Part shown: piece by piece, positions 29,941 to 41,118 of the stretch | Position numbering within the stretch: position 1 is the stretch's first letter | Layout of the letters: the number at the start of each line of letters is the position of its first letter | DNA from: Syntrophales bacterium | Lineage (GTDB): Bacteria > Desulfobacterota > Syntrophia > Syntrophales > UBA4778 | Direction: 5' to 3' | Length of the DNA stretch: 64,000 nucleotides | Assembly (NCBI GenBank): GCA_963665615.2 | Contig: CAXXQE010000007.1 | Location: forward strand, 310,001-374,000 | Program-made: the position numbers and the translations under genes | Notes under the pieces: generated by a model | The model's database searches: none | Seen by the model: the letters and a program-made list of their open reading frames with translations, nothing else | What the model was told of the DNA's origin: nothing

Positions 29941-31250
29941 TGGCGCAGAACGATCTGAATTTCGACATCATCAATCTGGGTGAACGCAAAATTCCTTCCC
30001 CGTTGTCCGTCGGCTACTTCAAAACCGATGAGGAGCGCATCCTCTTCAATATCAATCTCAAGAACATCACAGAGCGCGGCGACGTCTGCGACGTCCCCTT
30101 ATCGATGGAGGTAGCCGGTCCTCGACGGATGATCTACTTCGATCCCTCTAAGACAAAGGCCGCCATCGTAACCTGCGGCGGACTGTCTCCCGGCATTAAC
30201 GACGTCATTCGTGCGCTGGTCCTGGAGCTTCATTATCGATACAACGTCACGAACATTCTCGGCATCATGCACGGCTACAAGGGGCTCATTCCGAAATTCG
30301 GCTATGAGATGCTGAAACTGACTCCTGACATCGTCGATACCATCCATACGCGTGGAGGCAGCGTCCTGTCCTCGTCCCGAGGTAATCAGAATGTCGGAGA
30401 GATGGTGGACGCCCTGGAACGGATGAACATCAATCTCTTCTTCGTGGTCGGCGGCGATGGCACCATGAGAGGCGCAGAGCTGATCACCGAAGAGATCCAG
30501 AAGCGCAATCTCAAAATCAGCGTCATCGGTATCCCGAAGACCATCGACAACGATCTGGCCGTCATTCAGAAAAGCTTCGGTTTCGATACGGCGATCTCGG
30601 AGGCGGTCAAGGCGATCGAATGCGCCCACGTCGAGTCCAAAGGGGCACCCAACGGCATTGGCCTGATTAAGCTCATGGGCCGCGAGTCCGGCAATATCGC
30701 CGCATACGCCGCCTTGGCCATGGCAGACGTCAACTTCGTTCTCATTCCCGAGGTCCCTTTTGAACTGGAAGGAGAGAAAGGGTTTCTCAAGACCCTTGAA
30801 ACCCGTATCCGCAATCGCGGGCACGCCGTCATTCTTGTCGCCGAAGGGGCCGGTCAGAATTTCTTTCATGAAAACGGTGAAGTCCAGACGGATGCCTCCG
30901 GCAATGTAAAGCTCTTCGATATCGGCCTATACATGAAACAACAGATCGTCGATTACTTTGCACGGACCGGCATGGAGATCAATCTGAAGTATTTTGACCC
31001 CAGCTACATGATCCGAAGCGTACCTTCAAATGCAAGTGACAGTCTTTATTGTGGTTTTCTTGCAAACTACGCCGTTCATGCGGCTATGGCGGGTAAGACA
31101 GGCATGGTGGTGGGCCTCTGCAACGATGTCTATGTTCACCTCCCCCTTCAGGCCGTCTCCTCGCATCGCAAGTCCGTCAATCCGGAAGGCAATATCTGGA
31201 TGCAGGTTCTTGAATCGACCGGTCAGCCTCAATCCATGATTAACGCTTGA
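29940..31250 (+). CDS. ATP-dependent 6-phosphofructokinase (GGDG + PKTIDND type)
   Basis: [47 protein letters not shown]. Confidence 0.93.
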   Translation: MAQNDLNFDIINLGERKIPSPLSVGYFKTDEERILFNINLKNITERGDVCDVPLSMEVAGPRRMIYFDPSKTKAAIVTCGGLSPGINDVIRALVLELHYRYNVTNILGIMHGYKGLIPKFGYEMLKLTPDIVDTIHTRGGSVLSSSRGNQNVGEMVDALERMNINLFFVVGGDGTMRGAELITEEIQKRNLKISVIGIPKTIDNDLAVIQKSFGFDTAISEAVKAIECAHVESKGAPNGIGLIKLMGRESGNIAAYAALAMADVNFVLIPEVPFELEGEKGFLKTLETRIRNRGHAVILVAEGAGQNFFHENGEVQTDASGNVKLFDIGLYMKQQIVDYFARTGMEINLKYFDPSYMIRSVPSNASDSLYCGFLANYAVHAAMAGKTGMVVGLCNDVYVHLPLQAVSSHRKSVNPEGNIWMQVLESTGQPQSMINA

Positions 31251-31384
31251 GGCGCTTTCAGATCAGAACCTCGGGAGTTCACTCGACCGGTGTTGGTGCA
31301 GTCTGGGGATTTCCCTATAATTTTTCTTGCATTTTCAGCCGGAATCGATTAAAAGTCGCTTTACTTTTGAACAGGAGACGAAAG

Positions 31385-31582
31385 ATGTCCAGAGTATGTG
31401 ATGTGTGTGGAAAAGGGCCCGTTGTCGGAAACAGCGTCAGCCATGCGAATAACAAGACGAAGAAAATTTGGTACCCGAATCTTCAGAAGATGCGCGTTGT
31501 GAGCGCCAAGGGCAGTGCGTCGAAAAGGGTAAAGGTCTGCACCCGGTGTTTGCGTTCAGGGTTCGTTCAGAAGGCCTCTTAA
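31385..31582 (+). CDS. rpmB: 50S ribosomal protein L28
   Basis: [26 protein letters not shown]...PNLQ...[16 protein letters not shown]. Confidence 0.96.
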   Translation: MSRVCDVCGKGPVVGNSVSHANNKTKKIWYPNLQKMRVVSAKGSASKRVKVCTRCLRSGFVQKAS

Positions 31583-31817
31583 TCCCCCCTGTAGCCATTC
31601 CGAGTTGTCCATCCCTATTCAACGGAGCGTTATGCGTCGATGCGCTCCGCCCGACCTATCGGCGGACTGAAGCCGGTCCGCCGCGACAAATACCCCCTGA
31701 ATGAAGGTCCACCGAAGAGAGCGCCGGGGACTTTTGAATCCTTAAAGAAGGCATCCAAACACAATCCGCTCGCTTGCCCCGCAACAAACTGCGAGGAATG
31801 CACTCGCCACCGGCGAC

Positions 31818-32243
31818 TCAACCTTTTTTATCATGACCTTGAGCGGGGTGAAATATCATCTGTTTCATGTCAGGCAAGCCGATCTGGAAGACGCCATATT
31901 GCGATCGGCCATATGCCTTCCTTTTCTTATCCACGGTGATGACGGTCAAAGAGCCATCCATCAGGGTGACATCGGCCAACAGGCTGCCATCCTTCATTCT
32001 GAAGAGAACGCCCCTGATCTTGTCGAAACTGATGGCCAACTTGCCTCCGCCTCGGTTGCCATCCAGAAAGGTGTTACCGTCGATACTGACCTCGGTGCAG
32101 TCCGTCTTGACCCCCCCCAGATCGACAAAGGTCGCCGCATAATTTCTGTCTGTCCTCGGCACTTTTCCCGGCGGGGTATCCCCCATCGCCGTTAAAAGAG
32201 GCAGGATCGTCAAAAGCATGATAACCGGCAGCAATCGTTTCAT
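31818..32243 (-). CDS. Hypothetical exported protein
   Basis: Signal-like N-terminus MKRLLPVIMLL...AMG; co-oriented with the upstream gene. Confidence 0.75.
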   Translation of the reverse strand: MKRLLPVIMLLTILPLLTAMGDTPPGKVPRTDRNYAATFVDLGGVKTDCTEVSIDGNTFLDGNRGGGKLAISFDKIRGVLFRMKDGSLLADVTLMDGSLTVITVDKKRKAYGRSQYGVFQIGLPDMKQMIFHPAQGHDKKG

Positions 32244-32258
32244 GGGAAGCTCCTTCAA

Positions 32259-32486
32259 TTATTCAGTAAAATATTCGGTTCCGTTCAGGACTCGAAGGGG
32301 GATGTCGCGTCCGATACCGTCCAGGATACCTTCCACCTCCCGACCGCATCCCGGAGCGATAAAAACCTTGACAACCGCCCGGTTTTTATCAATAGTCGTC
32401 GCAGTCACCAGACCGTCGTATCCTTCTAGGATGAACTGGAAGTAAGCGATATCTTTTTTATCGAGTTCGATATATTGGGCATCCAT
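32259..32486 (-). CDS. DUF4911-like small protein
   Basis: DIAYFQFILEGYDGL...TTID signature; start uncertain. Confidence 0.75.
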   Translation of the reverse strand: MDAQYIELDKKDIAYFQFILEGYDGLVTATTIDKNRAVVKVFIAPGCGREVEGILDGIGRDIPLRVLNGTEYFTE

Positions 32487-32605
32487 CAGTTCTTTGCCAT
32501 ATAAAACACTGACGCCCTCTTTTTCAAGCGTAAATTGCAATTAACGCCATATTCTCGTTCAATAGGCCCGTGACATTCGTTACGCGCATAAAAAACCGGT
32601 GCCAT

Positions 32606-34357
32606 ATGCCACTGTCGATTAATAACGATCCGCCCCTGCCGACGACGAGTTGGACGTTTTTCGAGGAAAACACAATCCGCCAGGAGGCGCTGATGCGGGA
32701 GCTACGTATCCATCCCGTTATTGCCCGTATTCTGGTCAATCGATCCATCGACAATCCCGATGATGCCAAGCGCTATCTCAGCCCATCGTTATCAGATCTG
32801 CACAACCCTTTTCTGATGAAAGATATGCAGAAAGGTGTCGAGCGCCTGATTCGCGCCCTGCGCAACCACGAAAAAATTGTCATCTATGGGGATTACGACG
32901 CTGACGGCGTCACCTCCGTTGCGATCCTCTATAAATTTCTGACCAACCTGAAGGCGGCCGTTTCCTATCGGATACCGGACCGATTCACCGAGGGCTATAG
33001 TCTGAACCGTGCAGCTATCGAAGAGATCAAGGCATCGGGGACAAGCCTCATCCTGACCGTCGATTGTGGTGTTTCAGATGTTGAGCACATTGACTTCGCC
33101 AATTCTCTTGGATTGGACACCATCGTGCTCGATCATCACGAGGTGCCGGACACCCTTCCCATGGCGCACGCCGTCATCAACACCAACCGCAACGATTGCC
33201 CCTTCCCTTTCAAGGAATTAGCCGGGGTCGGCATTGTTTTCAACTTCCTGATCGCCCTGCGTGGCGAATTAAGAAAAGAGGGGTTTTGGAGGGATCAGAC
33301 TTACCCCAATCTCAAAGAATATCTCGACCTGGTTGCACTCGGCACCATCGGAGATATTTCACCCATCGTCGGTGAAAACAGGATCTTCACCAAGGTCGGA
33401 TTGGATCTCATCAATGAGGGAAAGAATCTCGGGCTCAATGCCCTTAAAGAGGTTGCCGGCAGCAACCACCAGGGAATCGACACCAACCTGGCCGCGTTCA
33501 GTCTCATCCCGAGGATCAACGCGGCCGGACGCGTCGCCTCCGCAGACGATGCGCTGCAACTGCTGCTGTCAACCGATCCCCATGAGGCCCGCAGGCTCGC
33601 CCGCAGGCTCGATGAACACAATCGCGACAGACAGTCAAAGGAGCGAAAGATACTCGAAGAAATCACCGGCACCATCGAATCCAATCAACTGCTCGAGCAG
33701 TACCGCTGCCTGGTCTTTGCCTCGGACAACTGGCATCCTGGGGTCATCGGCATCGTCGCCTCGCGAATCGTCGATACTTACTATCGCCCGACGATTTTGA
33801 TCAGCTTGAAGGACGATATCGGAAAGGGCTCCGGTCGGAGCATTTCCGAGTTTAACCTGCACCATGGACTGAGCCTCTGCCATCCCCTGCTCCTGGCCTA
33901 TGGCGGACATCAGTATGCAGCAGGCCTCTCCATCCGAAAGGAAAATATCGACGCCCTGAGGCAACAGCTGAACGAAATCGCCCTTCAGAATATCTCTGAG
34001 AGAGTCCTCATGCCGAAGACCGTTATCGACGCGGATTGTCGTCTCGCCGACATCAGCCACGATCTGGTCAACCAGTTGAAACTTCTTGAACCTTTCGGCA
34101 GCGGCAACCCCGAACCCATTTTATGTAGCCGCAAGGTTAGGGTTGATACCTCCTCGGTTGTCGGTCGCAATCACCTCTCCATGAGACTCTCGGAGGACGG
34201 TTCAATCCGTCAATCCATCTGGTTCAACAAGGGCCATTTAAACAGCCATGTCACAGACAGTCATTTCAGCGTGGCCTTTACCCCCCAGTTCAACCATTGG
34301 AATGGTTATACAAACCTCCAACTGAAGGTGCGGGATATGTCTGCTGTGGCCGCCTGA
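32606..34357 (+). CDS. recJ: Single-stranded-DNA exonuclease RecJ
   Basis: YGDYDADG, TVDCG, LDHH, PRINAAGR, GSGRS, GGHQYAAG, EPFGSGNPEP. Confidence 0.96.
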   Translation: MPLSINNDPPLPTTSWTFFEENTIRQEALMRELRIHPVIARILVNRSIDNPDDAKRYLSPSLSDLHNPFLMKDMQKGVERLIRALRNHEKIVIYGDYDADGVTSVAILYKFLTNLKAAVSYRIPDRFTEGYSLNRAAIEEIKASGTSLILTVDCGVSDVEHIDFANSLGLDTIVLDHHEVPDTLPMAHAVINTNRNDCPFPFKELAGVGIVFNFLIALRGELRKEGFWRDQTYPNLKEYLDLVALGTIGDISPIVGENRIFTKVGLDLINEGKNLGLNALKEVAGSNHQGIDTNLAAFSLIPRINAAGRVASADDALQLLLSTDPHEARRLARRLDEHNRDRQSKERKILEEITGTIESNQLLEQYRCLVFASDNWHPGVIGIVASRIVDTYYRPTILISLKDDIGKGSGRSISEFNLHHGLSLCHPLLLAYGGHQYAAGLSIRKENIDALRQQLNEIALQNISERVLMPKTVIDADCRLADISHDLVNQLKLLEPFGSGNPEPILCSRKVRVDTSSVVGRNHLSMRLSEDGSIRQSIWFNKGHLNSHVTDSHFSVAFTPQFNHWNGYTNLQLKVRDMSAVAA

Positions 34358-34367
34358 CCGCTCTCTT

Positions 34368-34895
34368 ATGTCTCTCCTTGACATCGCCCGCATGAGAATC
34401 CATATTAACAAAAAAAAATTTTCACATTTCGCCATGATAAAATGTTTTGCCATGATTGCGATCCTGGTTACGGGGTTGGCCGGCACGAATCTGAATGCCG
34501 GCGCTGTTGATTCGTCTCAAGCCGCAGCGACGCTTCTGGCTCCCTTTCGTTCTCAACCTCTTCACCTGAAGGCGCTTTATCCGTCCTTTGCTGCGGAAAG
34601 CTTTGAAGACTATGTCCGTCCTGACTTGCCGTCTACAGCTGAAACGAAATCCAAAGATTACTGGTCGAATGAAAACACAATGCAACTCGAGTACCGCCGT
34701 ATCATCTTTAGCCTGACGCGCTACACCCCTGACCCAAACGTGACCAGATTAACCGGATCATCCGACAGCGCTCGAAAAAAAATGGACCTTCTCCAATCCC
34801 TGCCTTCAACCCTCCAGGACGGCTCTTTGAAAGACAGCCTGGAATCGCTCGGCAAAATCGTCGAACCCGGCTTTACGATCAAGATCGAATTCTAG
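34368..34895 (+). CDS. Hypothetical exported protein
   Basis: 175-aa ORF with hydrophobic N-terminal segment and C-terminal ...IKIEF; true start may be later. Confidence 0.55.
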   Translation: MSLLDIARMRIHINKKKFSHFAMIKCFAMIAILVTGLAGTNLNAGAVDSSQAAATLLAPFRSQPLHLKALYPSFAAESFEDYVRPDLPSTAETKSKDYWSNENTMQLEYRRIIFSLTRYTPDPNVTRLTGSSDSARKKMDLLQSLPSTLQDGSLKDSLESLGKIVEPGFTIKIEF

Positions 34896-35072
34896 ACAGT
34901 CACGCCCGCAGGAAGACACCGTCTTTTTCCGGATAATGATTGACACTCCCCCATTCTTTACCTATACTCACTGCCGATTTCGTTTTTATCATCGATAGCG
35001 CACGCCCCCATGCGTGCCCCACTCGCAAGCAGGACGCGCTCACTAAAGATTTCAATGAGGGGTGGCAGAGAC

Positions 35073-36054
35073 ATGCAAAAAAAATACGACCGACTCAGCG
35101 CCCAGGTAGCCATCAAAGGCATCCTCAAGGCCCGCACCGTTCTCAAGCATTACATCAACCGCACCAACCTCATCTACTACTCTGAGCTCAGCCGGCTGAT
35201 CGGAATGCGAGGCCTACGTCAAGCATGAAAATCACCTGCCGACCGGCTCCTTTAAGATCCGGGCCGCCCTGAACTTCTTCCAGACGATCCCGCGGGAAGA
35301 CGTCGCCAACGGCGTACTCGTCTCAACGCGAGGCAACCACGGCCTGGCCATGGCCTGGGCTGCCCAGTGGTTCAACATCCCTTGCACCGTCGTCGTTCCG
35401 AAAAACAACAACCCGGAGATTAATCGCATCATCGAGAGTTACGGCGCCGAACTGATAGAACATGGCAACGACTTCTACGACGCCCAGTTTTACTGCGACG
35501 AGTTGGTGGCGGCGGCGGGATATTACTACGTGGAGCAGGGCAACGAACCCGAGATGTTGAACGGGATTGGCACGATGGGACTGGAGATCTTTGAAGATCT
35601 GCCGGATGTTGATGTGATCGTCTGCCCGATCGGCGGTGGGGCCGGTTGCGCCTCCCTGCTTCGCGTCGCGGAGTCCTTGAATCCCAACGTGAAGGTAATC
35701 GGCGTCCAGTCCGAAAAGGCTGCCGCTTATCATGCCTCCCTCCAAAAGGGCGAATGGACCGTACTCGATGAAGCCGAAACCGTTGCGGACGGTCTGGCCG
35801 CTCGAAGTGTTTTCCAGCTTCCCTATGCCATCATGAAGGATCGCGTCAAAGAGGTGGTGCTGTTGACCGAAGAAGATATTCTGGAAGGGATCCGGTTGGC
35901 GCTCACCAAGACGCACAACCTGGCCGAAGGCGCCGGCGCGGCGGCGCTCGTTGCCGCCCTCAAGATCAAAGACCAGCTTGCCGGCAAGAAGGTCGCCCTG
36001 ATTATGACCGGGGGCAATCTCGATCGCAAGCACCTCGAACAGGCCCTTCGTTAA
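35073..36054 (+). CDS. Threonine/serine dehydratase (PLP, no ACT domain), +1 frameshift at ~35204
   Basis: KHENHLPTGSFKIR, STRGNHG, PIGGG, TVADGL, AEGAGA, TGGN; the N-terminus is in another frame. Confidence 0.88.
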
Positions 36055-36067
36055 ATCGATTATCGCG

Positions 36068-36981
36068 CTACCGGAGTTCGATCCCCTGAATACGCAAGCC
36101 GCCTGTATCCGGCTTCGTTTCGCCGACCGTCGGAATCCACTCGGCGATCTTTTTGATCTGCGGGCGGGTAGCGCGGCAGGTTCCTTCAAAATAATACGCC
36201 TCAAGAATAGACGGCCCGGCCGCCGGAACCTTGACCTCGAGTCGTCCGAAGGACTTCGTCTTCAGAAACCCCTGATCGTCCACCTGCACATCAGCCAACG
36301 GAACCTCTCTTTTCTCGATCCAGAGATGGCGGATGCGCTTGGCCTGAGCATTTTCCCTATCCGCATAGTTCACCCCGGCCAGAAGCGGCGCATCCCAATC
36401 GAAGTGAAAGGGGCAATCGAGCAACGTGTCGTTCGTTATCTGACGCATGGCGATCCATACACCCGAGTTCGGCTTCAACTCGACGAAATATGAATCGATC
36501 CCCTTCGTCATCATGAGCAACATAGGATTCTTGTCAGGCGGTTCCTTCTTGAAGGTCAGGGCGGGCGGCGGCTGCTTCAACGTCAATAGATCGTTGGCCA
36601 CCGTCGCATCGCCCGGCATCGCCTCGACGTTTTTGAATTTGATGGTATCGTAGCCGCCGAACGTAAAGTCAAGCGAACGAGCCTCTTTGCCGTCCACCTC
36701 CACCGCAATCGTCCCCGATTTGTTATTGTGCTGGATGACCCAGACAATGTGCTTCCAGTCGCCGTCTGGCATCCGCTTGCGCGTAAAATAATTCACCTCG
36801 ATCATGGTCTGGCAAGGAAAAATGTATTTCGACTTCCCCTTCGAAACCGAACCGGCTTCCTTGCCGGCTTTCACTCCGGACGACTTCGAGGAAACTGATA
36901 AGCAAGACGCACTGAAGACCAAAAGAAAACACGCCGCCAGGACGCTTATCCGGCTATTTTTCCGACCATGCTCTTTTTCAT
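36068..36981 (-). CDS. Hypothetical lipoprotein, probable -1 frameshift in the signal peptide (~36950)
   Basis: AAGGAG RBS and ATG at 36981 overlapping the upstream stop. Restoring one base gives MKKSMVGKIAGISVLAACFLLVFSAS-C. Confidence 0.7.
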
Positions 36982-37880
36982 GGCTTCGTCTCCTTTCCTT
37001 CATGCGGATCGTTCAACCCCTCGGTCGGCGATTGTGTTTCAGATGCCCCCGGGCGATGCGGGAGAGCTTGCGGGTTGTCTGGGTGGGAGTCATCATCTGC
37101 CGTCGAGGAAAGCGGCATAACCAGAGAGCCAGGAGCGGGCGGATACAAGCCGCTGATGCGATCCGACAGCTGGCGTAACACCTCTCTGTTTTTATCGAAG
37201 TAAATCGTTGGCGACCACGCATTGATGACCACCAACTCCTCCGAGGCGTACAGGAGGGTCATGACGTGCGTCACGGCTGTGAAGGGCGTGGCCTTCGCCT
37301 TCCCAACCACCTCGTATCGTAAGGCCTGCAAACCGTTGACGATCAGCTTTTCCTCATGAAGCACCTGGGGCTCGTCGAGGGTCTTGACGAGCGCCTTCAC
37401 AAAGATGTCCCCAGCGGACGCCAATTCGCCATACGCCTCCCGCTTTTTCAGCAGGACCAGGAATCCCGCCTTTTCTTCAGCCTTCTCCGCTTTCAGCAGA
37501 CTCCCGTTGAGCTTTTGCTTGTCGGTCAGCGGCTTTTGGATAAAGCCCTCCGGCACATCGATCCCCGCCTTGGAAGCAAAAGCGCGGTTGAACTCAAATA
37601 CCGCCAGGACCGGAAGTGCCGGATTGGCGCACCGCGAGGATATGCCGGACAACGACTTGATTGTGGCCGTCGTTCCGTTCGGCCCCTTCAGAACATCGCC
37701 GACACTGGCTGTCGACGAAACGCAGTAGTCGTCCCGCATATCGGGAAGCGCTTCACCGACCCGCCCGCCTTCCGCGCCGGGCCCGTAAAAGTAGAAAAAC
37801 CAGGCATTGGCGGAATTCGGCCAATAGACGAGTAGCCCTATCAGGAGGAGAGAGACGATTCTCATGGTTCTCATGATCAT
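36978..37880 (-). CDS. Hypothetical secreted protein
   Basis: Sec signal ending ANA-W, a cysteine pair, low-complexity C-terminal tail. Confidence 0.75.
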   Translation of the reverse strand: MIMRTMRIVSLLLIGLLVYWPNSANAWFFYFYGPGAEGGRVGEALPDMRDDYCVSSTASVGDVLKGPNGTTATIKSLSGISSRCANPALPVLAVFEFNRAFASKAGIDVPEGFIQKPLTDKQKLNGSLLKAEKAEEKAGFLVLLKKREAYGELASAGDIFVKALVKTLDEPQVLHEEKLIVNGLQALRYEVVGKAKATPFTAVTHVMTLLYASEELVVINAWSPTIYFDKNREVLRQLSDRISGLYPPAPGSLVMPLSSTADDDSHPDNPQALPHRPGASETQSPTEGLNDPHEGKETKP

Positions 37881-37964
37881 CCCTGTTGAAATGAAAACTT
37901 TTCGGATTTTCCAAGTTTACTAGGCGGATTCGCTGAGATTGTCAAATGAAATAATGAAGGATGC

Positions 37965-38882
37965 CTAGGCTTCGTCGGAATCACCGACGGTGTTAAAAGT
38001 TGCCTGCCACTTGCAGTCGATCTGTTTCTGAATATCCGCGATCTGTTCGGGTTTCATCAGCCGAAAACGGCTCTGCGCCTTGAAGTATTCCACAACGGGC
38101 ACCAGGGCGCGTTTTTCGGCCAGCTTCTTGGAGGCGCCCGTCAGCCTGAACGACGAGTACTCCGATTCATATAATTCAAAAAGTCCCGTTTCGACGGCCA
38201 GCTTACCGACCTGGACGGCGTAACGCGGCTCAAAGCCCCAGCCCGGCGGACAGGGGATCTGGATATGCAGATATTTGACGCCCGGCAACGTGACCGCCTT
38301 TTTGACCTTATCGAAGAGATCCAACGGATAGGCCGCCGAGCAGGTGGCAACGTAAGACAGGTTGTGCGCCGCCATGATGGCCGGCACGTCCTTCTTCTGC
38401 TGATACTTCCCCTTGATCGGCGTATTGGACGTAATGGCCCACTGCGGCGTTGTGCCGGAGCGCTGCACGCCGGTATTCATGTAGCCTTCATTGTCGTAAC
38501 AGATGAACAGAAAATCGTCACCGCGTTCCGCCGCGCCGGACAGCGCCTGCAGGCCGATATCGGCCGTGCCGCCGTCTCCTGCCCACGCCACCACCTTGGT
38601 ATTTTTCTTTCCCCTGGCCTTGAGTGCCGCCAAAATACCTGTAGAGGCCGCTGCCGTCGAGGCGAAGGTCACATTCAGACAGGGGAGTTTCGTCGACGCG
38701 ATGGGATAGAGGCCCTGCAAAACCGTCAGACAACTCGGCGGCACGACCAGGATCGTGTCCTTGCCAAGGGCCTTGAGCGCAACCCGATAGGCAATGCCCA
38801 ACCCGCAGCCCGAGCAGGCCCTGTTGCCGCAGTGGATCAGTTCTTCTTCCGGCAGGCTCAGGATGGTCGTTTTGGTTTGCAT
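37965..38882 (-). CDS. 2-oxoacid:ferredoxin oxidoreductase beta subunit (POR/VOR type)
   Basis: ACSGCG, AGDGGTADIG, YDNEGYMNTGVQRS, PCPPGW. Confidence 0.93.
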   Translation of the reverse strand: MQTKTTILSLPEEELIHCGNRACSGCGLGIAYRVALKALGKDTILVVPPSCLTVLQGLYPIASTKLPCLNVTFASTAAASTGILAALKARGKKNTKVVAWAGDGGTADIGLQALSGAAERGDDFLFICYDNEGYMNTGVQRSGTTPQWAITSNTPIKGKYQQKKDVPAIMAAHNLSYVATCSAAYPLDLFDKVKKAVTLPGVKYLHIQIPCPPGWGFEPRYAVQVGKLAVETGLFELYESEYSSFRLTGASKKLAEKRALVPVVEYFKAQSRFRLMKPEQIADIQKQIDCKWQATFNTVGDSDEA

Positions 38883-38893
38883 GACGGATCTCC

Positions 38894-40102
38894 TTATATC
38901 TTCAACCCGATCCACATCGGCTCGGTCGGCGTTTTATCGGCGCCCGGCGCGCAGGACGCGGAAAAGGCCTGGTACAGATCGGATGTCTTGATCTCGCGAC
39001 CGCCCAGACCGAGAATATAGCTATGGATAAAGGGCGCCTTTTTCTTTCCCGAACGGTGGGAGAAAATCGCGGCCTTAAGATCGGAACACAGCGCCCCTTC
39101 GTAGCCGTAGCTTAGGGCCTTCTCGAAGACGACGACCCCCTCGGCATGGGACAGGGCCTGCGCCAGAATCTGAGCGGGGAACGGACGGTAGAGATGGATG
39201 CTCATGATCCCGGCGGCAATCCCCTCTTCCCGGAGTTGATCGACGACGCCGCGCAGTTGATACGATAGCGATCCCAGGCTGACCGCAATAAACTTGGCAT
39301 CCTCGCAACGATACGCCTCATAGTGAGGATAGCCGCCGCGTCCGAAGTGTTTCCGGAAGCGTTCCTCGACATCGGCCATCACGTCGATGGCCTTGCGAAG
39401 GTCCTCCTGGAGCAGATAGCGGATTTCCATGTAGCCGTGCGCCAAACGCCCCTTGACATCAAGACGTGCATCCGGCATCGTCACGGTATTGAGATTCGCC
39501 GGATTCTCCGGATCAAGCGCATCCTCATATTGAAGCGGCGGCAGAAAGGCGTCCACCTGCGCCTGATCGGGAATGTCGAACGGCATGTAGGTATGCGACA
39601 GCAGATAGCCGTCATAGCAGAGCATGACGGGAATGTTGACCGTCTCGGCCAGCATATAGGCCTTTAGGACGCCATCGATAATCTGCTGATGGTCGTTGAC
39701 ATAGATCTGGATCCAGCCGGTATCACGCTGCGAAATCGAATCCTGGTGATCGTTCCAGATCGTCCAGGGTGCGCCCACCCCGCGATTCACCACACACATC
39801 ACCAGAGGCAGCCTTGCCCCGGCCGCCCAATGAATCTGTTCGTGCATGTACAAAAGGCCGTTGGCGCTCGTCGCCGTGAAGGCCCGCGCTCCCGCGGAGG
39901 CCGCTGCGATGCAGACGGCCAGGGCGCTGTGCTCGCTCTCAACTGGAATATACTGCGAGTCGAGCTCGCCCGATTCGACGAACTCGGAGAGTTTTTCGGT
40001 GACCGGCGTCTGCGGCGTGATCGGATAGGCGGCGATGACCTGGGCCTTTGCCAGCTTCACGCCGATCGCGGCAGCGACATTGCCGGATTCAATGATATGC
40101 AT
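38894..40102 (-). CDS. 2-oxoacid:ferredoxin oxidoreductase alpha subunit
   Basis: AAYPITPQT, VESEHSA, TATSANGL, LGLGGR. Confidence 0.93.
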   Translation of the reverse strand: MHIIESGNVAAAIGVKLAKAQVIAAYPITPQTPVTEKLSEFVESGELDSQYIPVESEHSALAVCIAAASAGARAFTATSANGLLYMHEQIHWAAGARLPLVMCVVNRGVGAPWTIWNDHQDSISQRDTGWIQIYVNDHQQIIDGVLKAYMLAETVNIPVMLCYDGYLLSHTYMPFDIPDQAQVDAFLPPLQYEDALDPENPANLNTVTMPDARLDVKGRLAHGYMEIRYLLQEDLRKAIDVMADVEERFRKHFGRGGYPHYEAYRCEDAKFIAVSLGSLSYQLRGVVDQLREEGIAAGIMSIHLYRPFPAQILAQALSHAEGVVVFEKALSYGYEGALCSDLKAAIFSHRSGKKKAPFIHSYILGLGGREIKTSDLYQAFSASCAPGADKTPTEPMWIGLKI

Positions 40103-40103
40103 C

Positions 40104-40424
40104 TTACGGCTTCCCTTTCTTGTCAGCGCTCTGAATAAAGCAGGATTCTTCCTCCATCCGGATGGCCTTGGTCGGACATTCCTCGGCGCAGATGCCGCAC
40201 CCCTTGCAGTATTCCATATCGATTGTTGGGGGGATGGTCCGGGTAATGACGGCATCCGGACAATAGAGCCAGCAGATAAAGCAGGCGGGGGCACCCCGCT
40301 TCACCGGAATACAGAGACTCTCGTCCAGAATGGGGCGGGCCACCCGCCAGGAGCCCGTTTTACCGGCGTCCCCCGGTCCGGATTCGCTGTGTGATGTCTT
40401 GTGACCATATCGCCGTGTTCCCAC
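40104..40424 (-). CDS. 2-oxoacid:ferredoxin oxidoreductase delta (2x[4Fe-4S]) subunit
   Basis: KTGSWRVARP, CFICWLYCPD, YCKGCGICAEECP. Confidence 0.92.
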   Translation of the reverse strand: MGTRRYGHKTSHSESGPGDAGKTGSWRVARPILDESLCIPVKRGAPACFICWLYCPDAVITRTIPPTIDMEYCKGCGICAEECPTKAIRMEEESCFIQSADKKGKP

Positions 40425-40430
40425 CTGTCG

Positions 40431-40985
40431 TTATCCTCCAATGATCGTGTTGTCGTATGCCAGCAGGGCGGAGTTGGCGTTGCGGTCGGGTTTGCGGCTC
40501 GCAAACTCCTCCTTGATGGCCGCCACAAGACAATCCATCGAGATGATCCCGCTGGCCTTGGCGAACGCCCCGATAATGCCCGAATTGACCACCCCCTCTG
40601 GCAACCCCGCCTGCTGGGCCAGGGCAGTCACGTCGCAAACCGCCACCCGTTTGCCGGGATAGTCATAGACGTCGATCGGGCAGGGCGAGTTGACTACGAT
40701 GAGCCCGCCGTCCTTCAGGCCGGAGGTGATATTACCCTCCTCCAGAAGCAGATGATCGAGAACGACAATCATATCGGGTTGTTCGATCGGCGAGAGATCG
40801 TAGATCTTCTCCTTGGCGATCTTGAGAGACGTGAAAACCGGCGCGCCCCGGCGCTCCGTTCCGAAGGTCGGAACCATGGCCACACCTTCGTAACCGGCCT
40901 CAAACATGGCCTTGGCCACGATCTTGGCCGCGGTGATCGCGCCCTGGCCTCCCCGGCCGTGCCATCTGATATCGATTTTATCCAT
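40431..40985 (-). CDS. 2-oxoacid:ferredoxin oxidoreductase gamma subunit
   Basis: IRWHGRGGQGAITA, FGTERRGAPV. Confidence 0.93.
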   Translation of the reverse strand: MDKIDIRWHGRGGQGAITAAKIVAKAMFEAGYEGVAMVPTFGTERRGAPVFTSLKIAKEKIYDLSPIEQPDMIVVLDHLLLEEGNITSGLKDGGLIVVNSPCPIDVYDYPGKRVAVCDVTALAQQAGLPEGVVNSGIIGAFAKASGIISMDCLVAAIKEEFASRKPDRNANSALLAYDNTIIGG

Positions 40986-41118
40986 AGTCGCCGTATCCAA
41001 CCGATTTTTATGTGTGGAATGATGGGCCCTGCAAATAACTCGCTACGGCCCTCTGAAAAATGTGTACTATATACCACGCGCCTTTATTTATCAATGCTTA
41101 TGGGACCTGATCTCCCGC

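Noticed and set aside
29940..31250. PPi-dependent phosphofructokinase
   Set aside because: It has GGDG rather than GGDD; GGDG with PKTIDND marks a known ATP-dependent clade, so it is not novel.
31600..31800. Hairpins downstream of rpmB as an ncRNA or riboswitch
   Set aside because: Two short GC stems between convergent genes with no recognisable family motif.
10618..36955. Programmed frameshifting as a shared mechanism for the four split genes
   Set aside because: The genes are unrelated, the directions are mixed (+1, +1, +1, -1), there is no common slippery motif, and all sites are in short homopolymers; indel errors explain them more simply.
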